Below the pieces are notes generated by a model that was not told where the DNA came from, ran no database searches, and saw only the letters and a list, made by a program, of their open reading frames with translations. Positions 25,972-35,191 of a stretch of 64,000 nucleotides of DNA are shown here, piece after piece. The DNA is from an uncultured Pseudomonadales bacterium (GTDB lineage: Bacteria > Pseudomonadota > Gammaproteobacteria > Pseudomonadales > Pseudohongiellaceae): contig CALSUH010000013.1 of NCBI GenBank assembly GCA_943789485.1, positions 60,824 to 124,823 on the forward strand, in the 5' to 3' direction. The translations under genes were made by a program, and so were the position numbers. Numbering within the stretch: position 1 is the first letter of the stretch; each line of letters begins with the position of its first letter.

Positions 25972-26931
25972 CTATCTCCTAGTCCCTGCAATATCTGTCC
26001 TAACACTAAACAAAGTCTTGCCCGCAGTAATATAGAGGGTACGCAGATCCGGCCCACCAAACGCCGCGTTGGTAATCGTGTCCTCAGGTATTGGGATATG
26101 TTCGAGTAGCTCGCCTGATGGCGAAAATACATGGATGCCCGCGACGGTTGCAAGTGTTTCGCTGGTACCACGCAAATTGTTTAAACCTGCAGCGACATAC
26201 AAATTACCCTCGCTATCGATGGTCATACCATCCCCGCTACGCCCGGGATAGAAGTCGTGAAACACGCGCGAATTGCTAACCCGGCCTTCGGCGCTCAAAT
26301 CATAGGCACGAATCAGTCTAGGGCCTCCTTCGGCTTGCTCGGTCTCGATGATATACAAGGTGGAATCATCGGGAGAAATGACTATACCGTTTGGACGCAT
26401 TACCTCCGGCTCGGTGAGGATGCGTTCAATCGATCCATCTAGATCTATTCGGTAGACACCGTGTACTCCGGTCTGCTGGGGTCGCGGATTGGGCCCTGGC
26501 CTATCGGTAAAATAGATGCGCCCAAGCGCATCGAATGTTAGATCGTTTGGTTGATGTAGTTGCTTGCCATTGTATTCATCGGCTATGACTTCAATTTCAC
26601 CTGTCTCCATATTGGTTCGAGTGACGCGTGGTAGCACCGTATCGCCATCCCCCCCTTCGCAGGCTAACAAGCGCCACTCGCTGTCAAAGATTAAGCCATT
26701 TGCACGGTAACTAGGTTGACGAAATACAGAGACCGCACCGGTAGTTGATAGCCGCATTATTCGGCTACTGTAAAGGTCAGTGAAATAGACCGTACCGTCT
26801 TTCGCTACGGTTGGCCCTTCAGTGAAGGCAACAGTCGCTGCGATCGATACAGATCGTTCAGGTGTTAGCTCTACACAGGCACAGAGCAGAGGCAACAAGA
26901 TGATCGTCATCAAAACGGCAAGTCTTTTCAT
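25972..26931 (-). CDS. SMP-30/gluconolactonase/LRE-family lipoprotein (second paralog)
   Basis: ORF 25972..26979. ATG at 26931 is preceded by AGGAA, giving MKRLAVLMTIILLPLLCAC (lipobox). Motifs FTEGPTV, YFTD, HQPNDLTFD, YFTDRPG, RPNGIVISPDDSTLY. Confidence 0.85.
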   Translation of the reverse strand: MKRLAVLMTIILLPLLCACVELTPERSVSIAATVAFTEGPTVAKDGTVYFTDLYSSRIMRLSTTGAVSVFRQPSYRANGLIFDSEWRLLACEGGDGDTVLPRVTRTNMETGEIEVIADEYNGKQLHQPNDLTFDALGRIYFTDRPGPNPRPQQTGVHGVYRIDLDGSIERILTEPEVMRPNGIVISPDDSTLYIIETEQAEGGPRLIRAYDLSAEGRVSNSRVFHDFYPGRSGDGMTIDSEGNLYVAAGLNNLRGTSETLATVAGIHVFSPSGELLEHIPIPEDTITNAAFGGPDLRTLYITAGKTLFSVRTDIAGTRR

Positions 26932-26987
26932 TTTTAGTTTCCTAATTATTAATGGATGGTCAATAACCTTAAGTAACACTAGTTATG

Positions 26988-28247
26988 CTAGCTAGTATTT
27001 TCCAGAAAATTTAAAACTAATCGAGAAACAACTTCGGCTTGTTCCTGCTGCACCCAATGTCCGGCACCATCAATAAGATGCACAGCTCGCATATCCGTGC
27101 AGGCTCGCTCTTGCATGCGCTCGAAGGATCCCGGACTTTGATAAGTTCCCCAGTCACTCGCACCACTGATAAACATGGAAGGCTGATCAATCGTTTTACC
27201 GGAATATAGCTCCACTTCTGCCCGGCCAATAGTGGTGCCGCCCATGCGATAGCCATTTAGGCCACCTTGAAAGCTGGTGCGTCCATACTCCGTGGCATAG
27301 ACAGCAAGCGCATCATCTGGCAGCCAGCCATTGGCAGCTACTTCTGCGGCGGAAGGCATTTTCGCCGCCACTGTTTCTGCCATTCCCTCATTGAGGTTCA
27401 TGATGTAGTACTCAGGCATCAACGCCCATTGCTGCGCTGTACGACCGGCGAGTCTATGCGGTTGGTTTCCTTCCCAGTCGGCACTCTTGAAATGGTAGTA
27501 ACCGCGAATAAAATCAGCGATGCCTTGTTCGGCATGCCACATGTTTTCATTCGCTTCACGGGTTCTGTAATAACGCTGATAGTGCTTTCGAGGCCGTGGC
27601 AAGTTGGCCAAATCAGCGTAAACATTGGATGCAGCAGGCGCCGCTGATCGAGGAGGGTCATCAACGGTATCAAAAGGCAAAGCTGAGGTCCCGCCAAATG
27701 GCGCGCTCATCATTACCACGGATTTGAAAATGTCAGGCCGGGTAAGCGCACACCAGCCGGCGAGCGGCGCGCCGGCATCGTGGCCAATAACAGCTGCTAC
27801 CGACTCATAGCCAAAGGCAGCAACTAGACCCAATGCATCACGAACTTTATTGAGCCGACGGAAGGGTGTCAGATCTGTGTCGTAATCGGCGCTCCATCCG
27901 GTAGTACGCCCATAACCACGCACGTCAGGTGCGATAACATGATAGCCAGCCTCAGCCAGGGGCAGCATGATGCGCCGCCAACTGTAGGCGAGTTCAGGAA
28001 AGCCGTGCAGCAACAACAGGGCTGGCCTGTCGCTAGATTCATAGCCAGCTTCCAGCACATGTATTCGCAGGCCATTCACATCGTTGACGAAACGGGAGCG
28101 AATTCCTGCAGGCAACCATGCAGCAGGGTATGGCTGTAGTTCCACGCCAACGCCAGTTGCTTGGGCCGCCACGGCGCCAGAGGCAAGCACAGCAGGGACA
28201 AGTACTGAGGATGCTAGCAAAAATTGTCTACGCGAATAGTCTCTCAT
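26988..28247 (-). CDS. Tat-exported alpha/beta hydrolase, epoxide-hydrolase-like
   Basis: 419 aa. Twin-arginine signal MRDYSRRQFLLASSVLVPAVLASGAVAAQA. Motifs LLLLHGFPELAYSWRR, Asp nucleophile VIGHDAGAPLA, C-terminal GAGHWVQQE. Confidence 0.85.
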   Translation of the reverse strand: MRDYSRRQFLLASSVLVPAVLASGAVAAQATGVGVELQPYPAAWLPAGIRSRFVNDVNGLRIHVLEAGYESSDRPALLLLHGFPELAYSWRRIMLPLAEAGYHVIAPDVRGYGRTTGWSADYDTDLTPFRRLNKVRDALGLVAAFGYESVAAVIGHDAGAPLAGWCALTRPDIFKSVVMMSAPFGGTSALPFDTVDDPPRSAAPAASNVYADLANLPRPRKHYQRYYRTREANENMWHAEQGIADFIRGYYHFKSADWEGNQPHRLAGRTAQQWALMPEYYIMNLNEGMAETVAAKMPSAAEVAANGWLPDDALAVYATEYGRTSFQGGLNGYRMGGTTIGRAEVELYSGKTIDQPSMFISGASDWGTYQSPGSFERMQERACTDMRAVHLIDGAGHWVQQEQAEVVSRLVLNFLENTS

Positions 28248-28486
28248 CAGTGTTCGCCTGATCCATTTTTGAGGCAGAAGCTAGATAGAATACTGTATTT
28301 TTACTCTTACCCCTATTTTTTACCTAAACGCCCCAACAGCCACATGTGCCCTATCAGCTAGAGACTCAATTGAGAGTTAGCTTGTCAGTAAGCCACAAAA
28401 GATAAATAATCAGCACTTGTTTGAGTTCTAAGTCCTTGCGGGTGACTCGACCTACAAGTAAGAATCAGCCTACCGGAGATACTGCG

Positions 28487-29602
28487 ATGAGCAAGATCAC
28501 ACGACGCGACTTTATTAATCATGCAGGTTTGTACACAGTTGGGGGCATTGCCCTGGCAGCTAGCTCGTCAGGATTCATTACAGGGACAGCGCACGCGCAA
28601 CCAATGCCCGACTGGCTCTCGCTAACAGACGAAGCTGCGCTTGAGCCAGACCTTCCCATAATCGATCCCCACCACCATCTATGGGACAGGCCTGGCAACC
28701 GTTACATGCTCGAGGACCTGCTTCTTGACACCGCCGCACATAATGTTCGGCAGACTGTTTTTGTAGAATGCACGTCGATGTACCGCGCAGACGGACCTGA
28801 AGAGCTCAAGGTTGTTGGCGAAACCGAATTTGTGCAAGGTGTCGCTGCTAAGAGTGCTAGTGGTGGCTATGGTGAAACACGCGTGGCGACAGGCATTGTC
28901 GGCTCGGCCGACCTGCGCCTGGGAGATCGAGTCGCACCGGTGTTGGAAGCGCAGATTGCAGCCAGCCCACAGCGCTTCCGTGGCATTCGCCATCGAGCCG
29001 CTTGGGCAGACCTATCCGTGACCCCGAACCGGGCTGCCGACGCACCCAATCATATTCTATTGGACCCAGATTTCCGTAAGGGCTACGCACATCTTCGTAC
29101 CCATGGACTTACATTCGAAGCTTGGCTCTATCACACGCATATTGCTGATCTTACCGATTTAGCTAAGGCCTTCCCGGATACAACTATTATATTCAACCAC
29201 CTCGGCGGCCCTATCGGAATTGGTAGTTACGCGGGCCGGCGTGACGAAGTATTCGCCGCATGGAAGCCTGCCGTTGCCGAGCTTGCTAAATGCCCTAACG
29301 TTGTAGCGAAAGTTGGTGGAATTCAGATGGTAGTTAATGGCTACGGCTGGCACGAGATGGACAGACCGCCAACGTCGGACCAATTGCTACAGACCAATCA
29401 GGACTGGTATCACTACATAATCGAACAGTTTGGGCCAGAGCGCTGCATGTTCGAGAGTAATTTCCCTGTCGACAAACTGTCCTGCTCGTACACCGTGCTG
29501 TGGAATCAATTTAAGAAATTGACAAGAGGCTATTCTGCTGATGAGCGGGCAGCAATGTTTCACGATACTGCACAGCGAGTGTATCGGCTACCGACGGTAT
29601 AA
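28487..29602 (+). CDS. Tat-exported amidohydrolase-2 family protein (lactonase/decarboxylase-type TIM barrel)
   Basis: ORF 28421..29602. ATG at 28487 is preceded by GGAGA. Twin-arginine signal MSKITRRDFINHAG..AHAQ, N-terminal metal motif IIDPHHHLW, later FNHLGGP and FESNFPVD. Confidence 0.8.
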   Translation: MSKITRRDFINHAGLYTVGGIALAASSSGFITGTAHAQPMPDWLSLTDEAALEPDLPIIDPHHHLWDRPGNRYMLEDLLLDTAAHNVRQTVFVECTSMYRADGPEELKVVGETEFVQGVAAKSASGGYGETRVATGIVGSADLRLGDRVAPVLEAQIAASPQRFRGIRHRAAWADLSVTPNRAADAPNHILLDPDFRKGYAHLRTHGLTFEAWLYHTHIADLTDLAKAFPDTTIIFNHLGGPIGIGSYAGRRDEVFAAWKPAVAELAKCPNVVAKVGGIQMVVNGYGWHEMDRPPTSDQLLQTNQDWYHYIIEQFGPERCMFESNFPVDKLSCSYTVLWNQFKKLTRGYSADERAAMFHDTAQRVYRLPTV

Positions 29603-29689
29603 ATAGGAACGGCGAAAGTGATTCCCGCCTTTTTCCCTCGGGCTCAATCTCAACATTTCTATCACCCTTTAGATGGGAAAGGATTTTTC

Positions 29690-30489
29690 ATGTTCAAGAT
29701 TTTTTCAGTATTAGCGTTACTCGCTTCAAGTTCTGTTTATGCCGACTTGAAAGTTACTGTATTTGATTGCGGTGAACTGAATTTTCCCGATGTCAGTGCA
29801 TTCGGGTTAAGCAATGACGAAACGTCCGTGCGCAAACTATTCGTGCCCTGCTACCTGATTCAGCATGACGAACATCTAATGGTTTGGGACGCAGGCTTAC
29901 CGCTTGCTGATGTTGGGCAGACAAGTGGAAATTCACGCTATGAGAAATCGTTTCTCGATCAACTTGCAGACATGGACATTGCACCCTCTGATATCGACCT
30001 AGTGGCTTTCTCGCACATGCACTACGACCATGTCGGTGCCGCCAACGCCTTCACCGAATCTACACTGCTTATTCAAGAGACCGAGGCTGTAGCTGCATTT
30101 GAGCACCCAGAAGATAACCCGGTGTTTAGGGCGGAGCTCTATAATGAGCTTAGGAATGCAGATAGACGGAGCCTAAATGGCGATTACGATGTTTTTGGTG
30201 ACGGTAGCGTTAGAATCATCGCAGCCCCAGGACATACACCCGGACATCAAGTCTTATATTTGGACCTCAACAACTATGGCCCGCTCATTTTGTCTGGCGA
30301 TTTGTATCACTTCGAGGCAAGCAGGGCCTTGCGCCGCATACCTGTGTTCAATACCAACGTCGAGGACACGTTGAAGCTCGATGGACAAAATTGAGGAGCT
30401 GGTGGTGATCGAGCGGAGCTACTTTCTGGATCGAGCACAGCAAGCAACTTGCCGAGAGTCTAAATTTGGCGCCCGCGTTTTACGACTAA
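29690..30489 (+). pseudogene. Exported MBL-fold N-acyl-homoserine-lactonase-like hydrolase with two +1 frameshifts near the 3' end
   Basis: ATG at 29690 (AAGGA upstream) with signal MFKIFSVLALLASSSVYA. Metal motif AFSHMHYDHVG; PGHTPGH. The C-terminus continues in other frames: ..NVEDTLK / SMDKIEELVVIE / SGATFWIEHSKQLAESLNLAPAFYD* (stop at 30487-30489), whereas the listed ORF stops at 30394. Confidence 0.65.
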
Positions 30490-30579
30490 ATCGAAACGAG
30501 TTTGAAATATTTAGTAAACCCAATACGAATCCTATTTCGTGAATATACCGGCAAGCTTCGAACACCACTTTAAACAAAA

Positions 30580-30925
30580 CTCACTGACGAAGCCTTGGAA
30601 ACCTATTTACTCATGCAAGTTCGAAAATAACGTTCAGATAGGCTTGCAATAACAGAAATGCATACTAACTCTCGCGGTTTCTTTCACGGCGGATTGATTA
30701 CTGCCTTGGCTGACAACGTCATCGATTTTTCTTGCGCAATACAATACCCAGAAAAACGCAACATACTGACGATGAATTGCCTTGTCCACTTTATGTAGGT
30801 GGCAAAAGTGGGCAGTGGTTATTATTTGATACTTCTTTTTCCAAACTTGGCAAGTCAGTTTGATTTGCGCAGTGTTTCGTTACTTCTGAGGGCAAATACA
30901 AAGGCTTTAGCTTTTCAGGCTCTTT
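30580..30925 (+). pseudogene. PaaI/hotdog-fold thioesterase remnant
   Basis: 30658..30798 reads MHTNSRGFFHGGLITALADNVIDFSCAIQYPEKRNILTMNCLVHFM*. The next frame continues VGGKSGQWLLFDTSFSKLGKSV* FAQCFVTSEGKYKGFSFSG. The N-terminal ~40 residues expected for the family are missing or out of frame. Confidence 0.4.
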
Positions 30926-30929
30926 GTCG

Positions 30930-31787
30930 CTAAGGTTGATTCTCCGCCTCAACCTTGCGCTCCTGCCGATCCTTCTCTTCTTCAATGGCTGACTCTATTA
31001 TTCTCAACATATCATCCACATCAGCGGTCTGCGTGTTCTCAGCAAAAAGCCCTGTAAGCTCAGAGTCCGGCTGCAAATCGCCTTCTTCATACAGCTTCCA
31101 GATCTCCTTTGCATATCCAGTCTCCAGTAATTGAGGAGCGAATTCGCCGTAGTAGCTGCTTATCTTATTAACGTCACGCTCCAGCATGGCCTCGGCGTTG
31201 TTATTTGCTGCGGCATCCACCGCCTGAGGCAGGTCGATAATCACGGGGCCGTGCTCATCCACCAATATATTAAATTCGGACAAGTCACCGTGTACCAAAC
31301 CGGCGCAGAGCATTTGCACCACGAAACGCATGACGGCCGCATGACCTTGAATGGCCTCTTCGGCTGACATAGACACTTCGCTAAGGCGCGGCGCAACAAG
31401 ACCTTCATGGTCGGTAACCAACTCCATAATCAAGACGCCATCAACGCAGGTGTAAGGCTCTGGAACTCTTACTCCGGCAGCGGCGAGTTTACGCAGCGCA
31501 TCTACTTCGGCATTGTGCCAGGTCTGTTCCTGCTGCTCGCGGCCAAATTTGGACCCTTTGTCCATGGCACGACTGCGACGGCTATTGCGTGACTTTCGGC
31601 CTTCGGTATACAGAACAGCCTGCTTGAAGCCGCGCTTCGCTGCCTCTTTGTAAACCTTGGCACAGCGGATCTCGGAATCGCAGCGAACTACATAGACATC
31701 GGCCTCTTTCCCGCTCATTAGTCTGCTGATGACTTCGTCAATTAGACCTTCTTCGATAAGGGGCTGAATTCGCTTAGGTATTTTCAT
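30930..31787 (-). CDS. RIO1-family atypical serine protein kinase
   Basis: 285 aa: GKEADVYVV, AKVYKE, catalytic LVHGDLSEFNILV, metal-binding IIDLPQAVD. Confidence 0.8.
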   Translation of the reverse strand: MKIPKRIQPLIEEGLIDEVISRLMSGKEADVYVVRCDSEIRCAKVYKEAAKRGFKQAVLYTEGRKSRNSRRSRAMDKGSKFGREQQEQTWHNAEVDALRKLAAAGVRVPEPYTCVDGVLIMELVTDHEGLVAPRLSEVSMSAEEAIQGHAAVMRFVVQMLCAGLVHGDLSEFNILVDEHGPVIIDLPQAVDAAANNNAEAMLERDVNKISSYYGEFAPQLLETGYAKEIWKLYEEGDLQPDSELTGLFAENTQTADVDDMLRIIESAIEEEKDRQERKVEAENQP

Positions 31788-31876
31788 GGCGTCTTTTTAC
31801 AGCACTAAGATTAGGTAAGCTAGAGCAAACTTAAGATAAATGGCATTGCGAGCACTTGATCTCATTAGATCAGGAG

Positions 31877-32551
31877 TTATTCAAAGCCAACAAAATTAAC
31901 AAAATTATCGGTTTCAGCTCTACGCGACTTTACACTGTTGGCCGAGAACTCATCATTCGGATAACCCATAGCTATACAGGTAAGGATACTCTGATCAGCG
32001 GGAATTCCAGCATGCTCTCTAACAACCGGTGTCTGCATCACACCCTGGCCATTAATCACCGTTCCCAAGCCTCTCTCCCATGCAGCAAGACAGATGCCGT
32101 AGGAGATAGCACCAAGGTCGAACTGCGCGATCGCGGCTGGCTCTAGAATCTTGTCGTAAGTAAGCACTATAGATACCGGCGCATCGAATTGGCGAAAGCC
32201 CCGCATCACCCAGTCGGTGCGCTTCTCTTTGTCATCGCGCGCAATACCCATAGCCTCGAATAACTGTACGGCGATCTCGATCTGCCGTTGGCGGTGAATT
32301 CCCTCGTAGGCTTCTTTGGTGGGAAAATCGCGCTGTGGCTTTATTCCTGCCACCATGTTTTCCGTGTTGCCTTTACGAATTCTATCCAGTGGCTCTCCGG
32401 TGACGACATACAGGTTCCAAGGTTGGGTATTCATAGAGGACGGTGCCCCCTTTGCAACTTGGATTATTTCTTCAATGAGCTCTCGTGCTACGGGTTTATC
32501 TTGATAGCCACGCACGCTCCGTCTCGTTCGTACCAGTGTTTCAAATTCCAA
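31877..32551 (-). CDS. Nitroreductase-family FMN oxidoreductase
   Basis: 224 aa: RRSVRGY near the N-terminus, APSSMNTQPW, and typical length. Confidence 0.75.
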   Translation of the reverse strand: MEFETLVRTRRSVRGYQDKPVARELIEEIIQVAKGAPSSMNTQPWNLYVVTGEPLDRIRKGNTENMVAGIKPQRDFPTKEAYEGIHRQRQIEIAVQLFEAMGIARDDKEKRTDWVMRGFRQFDAPVSIVLTYDKILEPAAIAQFDLGAISYGICLAAWERGLGTVINGQGVMQTPVVREHAGIPADQSILTCIAMGYPNDEFSANSVKSRRAETDNFVNFVGFE

Positions 32552-32677
32552 GCTTCCTACTCCTATCCTAATAAATTCACGCCAGCCGGCGGCGCTGCCT
32601 ATTATGCATAGGATTAGAGAAATGGAAACTATTTAAGAATAGATTACTGGCAATAATTGGGATTTTACGAAACTGTG

Positions 32678-34816
32678 CTAAAACGTGGCTCGGGCCTTGA
32701 CCGTAAAGCGAGGCCCGGTTGTAGTACAGAAACGTTCGATCTCTCTGATATCTCCATTAATCAGACGGCCATTGAAACGTCTTCGCTCTCGGCAAGCATC
32801 TTGATTCAGAAGATTGTCCGCTTCGAACCTGAAGGTAAACCTACCGACACTATTCTTCTCCGCGAACAAACTTAGATTGCTAACCATACCCGAACCTATC
32901 CAGATAACATTATCGATATCATAGAAGGGCCGATTGCCGTCGATTCCGTCCCGATAATTGAGGCCATAATTGAAATTTTGTGAAGGGATATCGTGACGAA
33001 AACCTAGGCTAAAATTCCCCCTGTCGAATGGCACGACCTTTCTATTCTTGCCAATTAGCGGCGAAAATATTTTCGAATCCTGCACCAATACACCTGCGGT
33101 AACTACCGCCTGAGGCAGATTCAAAAATCCCAAGCGGATGCTGGCATTGAGATTGAGACCATAGACTGTGCCATCGCCGACATTGCCGTTGGTTGTCGCA
33201 AGATTGGTTTCGCTTGTTGAAACATCGATGCGGTCTATTGAATTGCCCACATCGTAATAGAATAGTCTGGAATTGAGCACGCCGCCATCATTAGGGAGCC
33301 GATAGTCAAGATTGACGTTATAACGCCAAACTTCTTCCTGTTCTAACTCCGGATTCCCAGCAAGGATATCTTGAGTCTCATCTCTGTCATTAGCGGCGGC
33401 CGAAAAATCTGAGAAGCGCAGTTGCGACACATCGAGTTCAGCTGACATGCGAAGCTGAAAGCTACTACTCATATTAAATCTTAGATCGACTTTAGGCTTT
33501 AGGAAGTCAAAACGTCGACTTACATTTACATCACCGGACTGCGATATCTCCGAGTCCTCATAGAATAGACTGCTCTCCAAAGACAGTCGCTGGTTGATCT
33601 GCCAATTATGTATGGCGAATCCTTCGTAACGAATCTCTTCTACTGTAGACACTGCATTCGGCAGGGAGACTGGGGTTAGGCCGCCATGATCTGGGGAGGC
33701 AATTCCACCAAGGGGTAAACCAATTTTCAATGAAGAATCGAGTATGGTCTGTGCTCTCTCTATGCCCAGTTCCAAGTTCTGATCATCTGCCGGATCAAAC
33801 GTGTAGGAGGTTCGTACTATGCGTTCACGCTCACGGCTGCTGGTATCTAGAAATAAGTTCTTGGTTTCCGGACCGTCTAGGCCAGAAGAAAAAAACCGCT
33901 CGCGGGTAACGGCATTATTATCCTCATTTACGATGAAGAGGACTTTGTATTTTCCACCACTATCAAAATTGTATTCATAGTCGCCACCAAACTCCCAGTT
34001 ATTTGAACTGGCGGGAAGCTCCTCGCGCTCTACTCGGATAGTCGGTGGTGAGTTCTGAAAATTGGTAATGGTCCGCACCAAATCCGCCGGCGGATCGTTC
34101 TCTGTATAGAGGCCATTAAAGGCTATTCTACTCCCAGGTGAAATTTGATAGGCAATGTTGGAGTTCAATGTATAAGTGGTTTGATCCCGATTTTGCTCGA
34201 TCTCGCGAACATCGTTTAAACCCAGCCCTGGGGGTAACACACTGATCTCGTAGCTCTCCAAATCCTCATAACCCGCAGCCATCTGTGCGCTCAACAAATA
34301 ATCAAACTGCCCAGTCTGTCCACTGAAGGAAAAAGTTCCTACTGGCTTTACTTGCCCATCGCGGAAGTGTGTCGCGCCTACCTCGGTCGAAATACTGGAA
34401 CTCGACTGCGACTCGAGCAAAACAATATTAATTAGCTGACCAGTATTTCGGACATCGAGGTCGCCGGAGGTGCCACGAATAATTTCAATGTACTGAACCT
34501 GATCTGCGGAAATTCTGTCGAGCTGGCTACTGGCCTCATTCGCCTTACCGGCCATGCGCTTGCCATTGATCAGAATTTGTTCGCTAGCTCCGAGGCCGCG
34601 ATCAGCCCCATTGAAGCTTTGAACCTCATTCCCCTCAAGCGCCACGCTGATACCGGGGATAACATTCAGCATGTCATTGACTGACACAGGGCCGTATTGC
34701 GCAAAGAAAGAGGCTGGGTAGGTAACCGTGGACTCGTCTTCGGCGCTTTCTTGCGCTGTTGCTGAGGCAGAAATTCCAAAAAGTAGTACTGTTGTTATTA
34801 TTCTTAAGTACCACAT
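32678..34816 (-). CDS. TonB-dependent outer-membrane receptor
   Basis: ORF 32678..34915. ATG at 34816 is preceded by GGAG, giving signal MWYLRIITTVLLFGISASATAQ. Plug-like segment (ILINGKRMAG..QYIEIIRG), long beta-rich body, C-terminal aromatic residue (..KARATF). Confidence 0.85.
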   Translation of the reverse strand: MWYLRIITTVLLFGISASATAQESAEDESTVTYPASFFAQYGPVSVNDMLNVIPGISVALEGNEVQSFNGADRGLGASEQILINGKRMAGKANEASSQLDRISADQVQYIEIIRGTSGDLDVRNTGQLINIVLLESQSSSSISTEVGATHFRDGQVKPVGTFSFSGQTGQFDYLLSAQMAAGYEDLESYEISVLPPGLGLNDVREIEQNRDQTTYTLNSNIAYQISPGSRIAFNGLYTENDPPADLVRTITNFQNSPPTIRVEREELPASSNNWEFGGDYEYNFDSGGKYKVLFIVNEDNNAVTRERFFSSGLDGPETKNLFLDTSSRERERIVRTSYTFDPADDQNLELGIERAQTILDSSLKIGLPLGGIASPDHGGLTPVSLPNAVSTVEEIRYEGFAIHNWQINQRLSLESSLFYEDSEISQSGDVNVSRRFDFLKPKVDLRFNMSSSFQLRMSAELDVSQLRFSDFSAAANDRDETQDILAGNPELEQEEVWRYNVNLDYRLPNDGGVLNSRLFYYDVGNSIDRIDVSTSETNLATTNGNVGDGTVYGLNLNASIRLGFLNLPQAVVTAGVLVQDSKIFSPLIGKNRKVVPFDRGNFSLGFRHDIPSQNFNYGLNYRDGIDGNRPFYDIDNVIWIGSGMVSNLSLFAEKNSVGRFTFRFEADNLLNQDACRERRRFNGRLINGDIREIERFCTTTGPRFTVKARATF

Positions 34817-35191
34817 TATAAACTCCAAGGGGCATTCTCGACTGCTGATGACGTGTAATTTCTTAGTAATCCGCACAATATAGGACCACTTAGTCCCGAT
34901 TGCAAACAGCAACATAATGAATATGCTATAACTCGCCTTATTGGAACCGGCGTGTTATTTACCATGGCAGGTAGACCACGAGGATTCAAAGCTAATGTTA
35001 ACTAGAATCAGATTATATATAAACAGTGCATGTTAGCCCCCTAACTTCTTATTCCTGCGCTTCATCTCGTTAGATCTCGAACCTCAGACAAACTGAGCAC
35101 AAGCTACTGATTCGTTGTTAGGCATAGCCTACCTAGTGATTGCCGAGTATGATTGTTAATCGATATTCAAATTGAGCGCAGCGAGGCCTCT

